DNA of 64,000 bases from the NCBI RefSeq assembly GCF_035594765.1, contig NC_085843.1, forward strand, positions 677,399 to 741,398. Reading direction: 5' to 3'. This stretch comes from Anolis carolinensis. Its lineage: Eukaryota. A model generated the notes under the pieces. The model saw only the letters and a program-made list of their open reading frames with translations, did no database searches and had not been told where the DNA came from. Positions 56,613 through 64,000 of this stretch are shown here, piece by piece (the first letter of the stretch is position 1; every line of letters starts with the position of its first letter). The position numbers were made by a program, and so were the translations under genes.

Positions 56613-57040
56613 AACAGATAGATCCTGTGAGGTTTGTGGAATCAGACCCGTATCATCATTTTAGCACTGCTAGTCTTCCCAACCAGGATCATTGGATTCT
56701 TTGCCGTATTTCGAGATCTATTTTGGCTTCCTTGCATGCCTTCCCACAGTTGTCTTGAAATAGATTGCTTTCATTAGTCATCCATATTCCTAGGTGTTGG
56801 AAATCAGCCCCACACTGCTCAAGTCTGCAGTCCTCAATGAGGAACAGTTAGCTTTAGAACAGGCTGAGAGAATCCCTTTCCGCCGGCTCCTGAATGTCGA
56901 TTGGAATCTATCTATTTGTTTGTTCTCTCTTTCTCTCTCTTCTCCTTCCATCCTGATTGGTGGAGTAGAATAGATCCTTTTCTGGGCACATGCCTTTGTT
57001 TCAGACTTTCTGCTTTGTCCATCTTAACACTCAGACCTCT

Positions 57041-57175
57041 GTGTTGTCGAAGGCTTTCATGGCCGGGATCACAGGGTTGTTGTATGTCTTTCGGGCTGTG
57101 TGGCCATGTTCCAGAAGTATTAGGAGAGAATACTTCTGGAACATGGCCACACAGCCCAAAAGACATACAACAACC
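57041..57175. mobile_element. Penelope-derived fold-back insertion
   Basis: 47-bp inverted repeat with 7-nt spacer; 13-bp TSD CACTCAGACCTCT. Confidence 0.9.
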
Positions 57176-57719
57176 ACTCAGACCTCTCTCTGCTTTTTGT
57201 GTGTTTGAAGAGATGTAGCGTTTGGAGGTTTTTCCTCTCTTTTAGACCCTAGAGGAGATGGAGTTGGAGAGAAGCTCAGACCCAATCTTTTGCTATCGAG
57301 AAATATAGTTATTATTTTTGTAAATAGATCTTTTGAAACATTAAAGATTGAACTCTGCATCTTTGCTTTTTTACGACCACAACACTTCACCTTTGCTTGC
57401 TGTGAGCTAACTGCTCAGTTACGTATCCTGGTTATGTTTTGGATGCTCTGCTGTTTTGGGGAGATTTCCCTGACACTGGGTACTTAACCTTTCTTGTGAC
57501 CTTACATCAGGTTTGGGCAAACTAAGGCCTGGGGGCCGGATGCGGGCCCCTGGGTGCTTCCCTCAGGACCTCTTATTTTCCTTGTCGTCTTGGCATGCAG
57601 ACATGGTGGCCAAAAAGGTGAGAGAGGAAGGCATGCCGCTGCTGAGAGCACTCTGGAGTGCTCTCGGCCACCGCGTGTCTTGTCCTCCTCCCGGCATGAC
57701 AAAAGATGACGAAAGAAAC

Positions 57720-58240
57720 TAATAAAATGATTTCTAAAAAGATCAAGAAAAACTCAGAAAAATGTCTCCTGGGCTGGTTCCAAGAGAGAATTAGTTAAGG
57801 CAAAATTAGAAGTTTTGTGGCTGCGAGCATTACAATAGCAAAGTCTCGGAAGTGGGGAAAAGAACTATTCATTAAGGACTGGAGATGAAAATTACTCGAG
57901 TGCATCCAAATGGCCAAGTTCCCCGATGGTTTAAGGGGAAGAAACAATGAAGGGTTTGTTACAAAATGGGGAATTGCCTTTAGGTATTAAAAAAAGAAGA
58001 GAATAATAGATTTTAAAATAGCCGCACGAGGAATTTATTAATGTAATGATAAGGATAGAGTTTTGTTAGAGACTAGTTCCATATGGCATGGTGTCAGAAG
58101 TCATGGGTGGGGGTCTCTGAGTGGGAATGGGGATGGGACTGGGGAGATAATACGTGTATCTTGACTGCTGAATTTTGAAAATTGTATGGATTTTTAAAAA
58201 ATACCACACTAAAAATTTATACAAAAAAAGAGAAAAAAAT
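57720..58240 (+). mobile_element. Degenerate L1/Tx1 3' end
   Basis: Similar to the reverse complement of 44670-45200; A-rich tail. Confidence 0.65.
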
Positions 58241-58322
58241 AGACCCATATCTGTTGGCCTACTTGTTAGTGTAGTTTGTGTATGTGTTTGTCTATGTAGG
58301 TGTGTGTTTTGTTGTTGTGTTT

Positions 58323-58978
58323 TGTTATGAATAACTTTTCAATAACTTTAAAGCATAGGTGTCTTTTATTGCAATTTCAGTGTGAGAGGGAATATCAGAA
58401 CTTTTACAAAGCAACATTTAGACGTACAGACATATAGATTCCATACAACTACATTGGATTCACAAACAGCCTACAGTTATATTGGTTAATAAACAAACAA
58501 ACGGGGGTTACATTTTCAGCGTCTCTGTCACAATTTCTGGATCGTCATAAGTTCACTTATATAGCAATATTTTGCTGCTGTTGTTTCAAAGTTGTAAATG
58601 AATACGAGACGTCTTCCATCTTGGCTTTGTCTTTGTCTCAGCTTCCTGGACCAGATGTTGACTCTTCTTGATTGGTGTTGGCCTTTTGTTGACTTCCTTC
58701 TTAATGTTGTAATGATTTCCTTAACTTGATGTAAACATTTCTCTTATCGTTGCCACAGTTCTTATCACAGTTAGCAGGCAGGTCAACTATTTCAGGTTTC
58801 ATTCGCAGCTTTTAATTACAGTTCAGCAAGCAGGCAGTTCGTCATTGCAGGCCTTAATATTTTAGAATTGTGTCTCCAAACTATGAGCTCAAACTATTCA
58901 TTCATCCCTTCCATTCAGTTCATTCTTACCCACACATATTTTATATTTCATTTATCAAATCTGCACATTTTTGTGACA
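58323..58978 (-). mobile_element. Possible solo LTR
   Basis: TGTTATGAA...TTTGTGACA termini; minus-strand AATAAA near 58365; no TSD recognised. Confidence 0.4.
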
Positions 58979-59634
58979 CAGTCGTTTCTAATTTAGTTTT
59001 GTCATAGTAGCTGGTTATTTAGCTGCATACGTTTAGCATTATGCATTATAACAATCCTGCTTCTTTTTGTGGTATTAATGATTTTTTATCTTTAAAATGT
59101 TTTTTAAAAGGTCAGAAATTTAGAAAGGTTAAAATTGATGAGACTGGTGTGGCCAATTCACCTGATTTTAGACCAGTGTGGGGTTTAATGCCTGGTTTAT
59201 GGTGCTTTTAAGGTTGGCCGCATTGCACTGGAGTTGATGGTTATACTTCAAATAGGATTATCACTCTTCTGTTTAGTGGAACATACATGCACTGTTTTAA
59301 TAATTTATTTTCACCATCTTGTCTATTATTTCAATAAATCTTTAATTGATCCTCTTTTGGATATCTTTGATTTTCATTTCTACTTATCTTAATTCTGTCA
59401 GGAAAGCGCTAAATTGAGACACATCACCTTCAGTCTCAATTTCTCTTCTCATCCAGCGATCTAGCAATCTGCTTAGATGCACAGACATAAATCCACACTT
59501 CTCTGCTGTCGGCTGAAGCCAGTGGTTCTCATATTTATTGAAGTAATTACACTATTTACATAGCATGGACAGATCCTAACTTCTAAGCATCCAACAAGAT
59601 TGATGGCGAGGAGAGAAGCTCACTATCTCCTAAC

Positions 59635-59890
59635 TCATAGAATCATAGAATCATAGAATAGTAGAGTTGGAAGAGACCACATGGGCCATCTAGTCCAACC
59701 CCCTGCTAAGAAGCAGGAAATCGCATTCAAAGCACCCCCGACAGATGGCCATCCAGCCTCTGCTTAAAAGCCTCCAAAGAAGGAGCCTCCACCACGGCCC
59801 CGGGGAGAGAGTTCCACTGTCGAACAGCCCTTCTCACAGTGAGGAAGTTCTTCCTGATGTTCAGGTGGAATCTCCTTTCCTGTAGTTTGA
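59635..59890 (-). mobile_element. CR1 3' end
   Basis: (CATAGAAT)n tail; near-identical to 17809-18057. Confidence 0.93.
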
Positions 59891-60069
59891 ATGTAGTTTG
59901 AATGTCAACACTCGCATTCCAGAGCAGTGACCAATGTCCTGTTACGTATCCAGAAACTGCACACTGTTTCCCTCTAGCAATCTCTCTCTCTCTCTCTCTC
60001 TCTATGCATTTAACTCTAACACTACTGGAATGCTGTATTGCATTGTAGGCACACACACAAATCATTTGG

Positions 60070-60360
60070 TTTAAAAAAGGTGAAGACCTGGCTTTGCGAA
60101 CAAGCGTTTAATGAATGAATTGTGATGGCTTTAACTCGGTCCGGATTAAGGTTATGTGCAAGGTTTATGTGGACGAATGGATTAAGTATTTTTATTGTAC
60201 TGTGTTAAATGTATTTATTGGATTATTTTAAATTGATTCTTTTAATTGTTATGTTTTATTTTTGTGCTGTATACCGGCATTGAATTTGCCAGATTGTGAG
60301 CCGCCCTGAGTTCCTTCGGGTGAGAAGGGCGGCATAGAAATGATGGAAATAAATAAATAA
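60070..60360 (+). mobile_element. L2 3' end
   Basis: KTWLCEQAF* plus L2 tail and (TAAA)n. Confidence 0.85.
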
Positions 60361-61299
60361 ACCATAAGTGAAATTTCACTCTACGCAATACATTCCTCCA
60401 ACAAAATCCACATTTAAAAACAACTGAATTTCTTTTTCATGGATGTGATTACTCGTGTATTTGTAATCCATAATAAATAGGATTTTTTTTTGAGATTTCC
60501 CCACACAATCCTTCCCGACAGATGACCATCCAGCCTCTGCTTTAAAGCCTCCCAGAAAGGAAGGAAGGAGACTCCCTGGAAGTCTATATCCCACCCTCAA
60601 ACAACGCTTACTGTTTGCCTAAACTTGGACCACGAGTCCCAGCGCTTTCCTTCTGAATAGGTTTTGACCCTCTGGTCTCATTTCCAATGTCAGTGCTGGA
60701 ACCTGCTTCTTCCTGGGAGTCCGGGGGAGTTTCCTCCTCTGAAGGCTTTAAAGCAGAGCCTGGGTGGCCACCTGTCGGGAGGGATTGGGTGGTGTCTTTT
60801 TGCCATCCTGGGTTACTTTTAAGCTCTGATTCTGCATCCTTTATTGGGCTGGAACAAAACTCCCAAAAGCCCCTCCTCAGGGAGATATGGAGAGGGAGGA
60901 ATCTCAGGGTGAAAGCAGTGCCTTGAAAATCGAATACAGAAGGTTAATATATATTCTAGCGAGCATGTGCTGGTGGTTGGTAGATCTCTGTGAACGCCTG
61001 GATATCCATCCTTTGGGGTCCCTTCAACCGCTGTTATCAACCGCAATTCAGTATGGATCGGCCCTGTGAGGGAGATCCGATCCGTTTCTCAGATGAGGGA
61101 ACGAACCTTGGCGAGCCGACCGAAAAGTATAAAATAACCCGGAATATAATTTACCTGAGACCGAAAGAAAAAGGCTCTGCCAAGTTGAAGGAAAAAACGT
61201 CAAAGTGTTTATTAAAGCGATTCAGCTGAAAAGGACATCAAGCTGGGATAGTTCGACATGCAAGATGTAACATTTCCGTGAAAATAAAGCCATTTTATA

Positions 61300-61480
61300 C
61301 ATTTCCAAGTTTGAAGTCTGCTTGAATTTCCCGCCCCGTCTCTCCGCCCATCTGGCTGCTGATAGGTCGAGGGCGCTGCACTAGGCGGGAGCTTGGTTTC
61401 CCGCCCTGCGCCTTGGCCAATGAGGAACAACCTTCGTCTCTGTCAGGGCCAATCAGGTTGGGGGAGGCGGGAGTCAGCTA
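61300..61480. promoter_or_regulatory. Candidate E2F/CHR/NF-Y promoter, target gene unknown
   Basis: TTTGAA 61310, CTTGAATTTCCCGCC 61321, GGCGGGA 61384 and 61466, TTTCCCGCC 61397, CCAAT at 61417 and 61449. Confidence 0.6.
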
Positions 61481-62161
61481 GACAATGGATTTTGATAAAT
61501 GAATCATTGGGGATATCTTATGCAAAGTGACTACCTGAGGCTAGCGCCTTCTAAAATAATCTAGGATTATTGCTGTTTTGAACAGAGCCATTTGGAATGT
61601 CTGGGGTTTTGCGCACGTACACAGTTCATGAACACCTAAGGTGTGGCGGAGGTGACAGCAAACAATGATAACATGGGGTTCTGGTGGCAGGACCAGCGGG
61701 AGGCCTTCCCATGGCTCCCCAGGGGTCCAGGTGAGTCAGTGGTCAACATGACCGTATGAGATTCAGTCACCCGGGGACTGCTCCGATCTGGGGTGGCTCA
61801 ATCTCTCGCTATGGGCCATGCAGATGCAAAATAGATTAAATTTTATGGTGACAGTTTATCCTCTGTTGTGTGTGAAGCCCAGAATACAGGGTGAGGGAAG
61901 GCGGGAATTTTTGGGGTTAACTGGAGTTCAGGCTATGCCTTCATTGATTAAAATATACTGGGGAATGATATCTAAAGTAACAATTAAAATAATATCTAAG
62001 ATATGCCAGACATTCACCGAGGGGAAGGTCATGTAGAGTATTTGGGGAATTTAGTGTGTGTGTACCAACAATTCATAATATAATCAAAGTTCATTATCAA
62101 TGAACTTTGATTATTATTGATAATCATTATTGATAATGAACTTTGTTCATTATCAATCAAA

Positions 62162-62727
62162 GTGGGGACGAGAGAGAGGGCCTTCTCCGTGGTGGCCCCC
62201 TTCCCGGCTCTGGAACTCGCTCCCCAGGGAAATCAGGCAAGCCCCCACCCTGGTAGCATTCAGAAAGAGCTTGAAAACCTGGCTCTTTACTCAAGCCTTT
62301 AGATAAAGATTGCTCATCCAGAAGCAATCTGTATCTGTGCCATTCTTGTACCGGTTTGCACCTTTTCCCTTTGTCAACTCGATATAGACACAGGGTCTAT
62401 TCCCATCCCAATTTGCACTTCCAGAATTTGCAGCACTTTATCAGTCACCTTGTGTTTACAATATTTATATGGTGCACCTTACCCAGTCTACTTTTACAAT
62501 CTCTCCGTTTTAATCCATGTTTTTATTAGTTCTTGTTTTTTATTGGCTAATGTTTTATTTTATTTTTTTTATTTTATTTTTTTATTGTGCAAGTTGTTGT
62601 CTATTGTTGTGTTTTATACTGCTACTGTTTTTATTCGGGCTTGGCCCCATGTAAGCCGCCCTGAGTCCCCTCCGGGGAGATAGAGGCGGGGTATAAAAAT
62701 AAAGTTATTATTATTATTATTATTATT
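62162..62727 (+). mobile_element. L2 3' end
   Basis: [13 protein letters not shown]; tail and (TTA)n. Confidence 0.9.
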
Positions 62728-64000
62728 CATGCACAGAGTTCATGGACAATAGAGGAAGTTCATAGACATGTGGTTCATGGTTCATGAAAAGTTCATAAGC
62801 AGCTCAGGCACTTGGAGGTTCATAAAAATAATAAAGTGAAAGAATTCAAGTTGATTTCTATCCTTGGGAGCCCGGCGATTCATGGAACTATAGGTAAGTA
62901 TATGAATGAAGAATCCGGTCATTCATAAAAATGAATGAATGAACAGAAGAAATTCATCCGGGAGCTCTTGCTGCCGTAGAGATCACAGCTGGTCCTTGAA
63001 GGAACTACACTTCTCTCTCAGGGGAGATGCCAGTCCACCACCAACAGCCCTGGGAAAAACCCCATCTTCTTGCGGAGACAACCCGCCAGCCGCGAAAGCC
63101 CAGGAGCGGCTGCAGCTGGAAAGAGCCATCGGAACCGGCTTTTTGACAGTCAGCTGATTCGACGTTTTAAACTGGACCGATTCTGGCGCTGTTGGTTGTC
63201 CCGGAACCAGGAGCCTCCAAAAGGGTTAGATATAAAAGATAGGCATGCTTGGAATATTTTTGATGAAGTTATGGGTCAAATTGTTCCGTCCGCCATGTTA
63301 CTCAATGGCAGGGAGAGCCCGGGAGGCTTCCCGCCAGAGTTTGAATGGCGGCTGGGTTAGTGGAGGAAAGGAGAGAAGTTTCCCATGCGGAGGAGTCGGA
63401 AAAGGGATACAAAATAACCACTTGAGAGAATTACAAGTTAAAAGAAAGGATACTTTTTATTTAGGGATTAGTTACAATGTCAGGGCTGGGGGAAAGTAAT
63501 GAAAAGAATTTAATCATAATTTGTTGCGGTCAGAACACTTTCCCACTTTGCTGGCGATCCGGATCTGTGGAACTCCCCGCCGCAGGTCAGATGAGTTTAA
63601 AAGCGGGGGTCTCCGCTATCACTGCTATGATTGTACTTAATGCCTGCCTACCTTCCTGCCTGATCTTTGTGGCGCCAGGGCTCTCCCTCTGCTCTGCTCT
63701 GCGCCCTTGTCTAATGATCCACTTTTCTAATTAGGCACAGAAAGAGAGGAGGGCATCTGTCTCCATGCTCAATTTTATTTATTTTATTTATATACAGCAT
63801 TTATATTCTGCCCTTCTCACCCCGAAGGGGACTCAGGGCGGATCACATTGTACACATATAAGGCAAACATTCAATGCCATAGAACATAGAACAGAGACAG
63901 AGACAGACGCAGAGGCAATTTAAGCCTTCTCCAGCTTCCAGCTTCCCGAGGGTATGCTTTTTTTTGATTCCGGCCACAGGGGGAGCAGCTGCTTCATCAT

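Noticed and set aside
59100-59630. Coiled-coil-like broken frame on the minus strand, possibly a LINE ORF1
   Set aside because: Too degenerate to assign.

Overview
Vertebrate (squamate) genomic DNA, most likely an Anolis lizard, inferred from Sauria SINEs, CR1 (ATTCTATG)n tails, L2, BovB/RTE, Penelope, Dong/R4, Helitron and hAT/Tc1-mariner MITEs. The window holds four paralogous C2H2 zinc-finger genes: A (minus, 19 intact fingers), B (plus, 19), C (plus, 7 incl. 2 degenerate, truncated) and D (plus, 18). Each whole ORF sits in one terminal exon behind a homologous splice acceptor and a stop-containing linker, and I found no KRAB, SCAN or PR/SET exon by eye, so they look like 'finger-only' genes. 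A and B face head-to-head around a CpG island with a splice donor on each side. A second CpG island precedes C and D, and a third, E2F/CHR/NF-Y-type promoter near 61.3 kb has no identifiable gene. Most of the remaining sequence is nested transposon debris. Highlights: start-codon turnover in A and B; Penelope minimal hammerhead ribozymes plus a TSD-flanked hairpin insertion that starts exactly at the predicted cleavage site; Helitrons built from pieces of other transposons; and a hAT family whose internal (TAA)n was hit twice by Dong. All coordinates and alignments were done by eye, so element boundaries are approximate unless a TSD or TIR is quoted.
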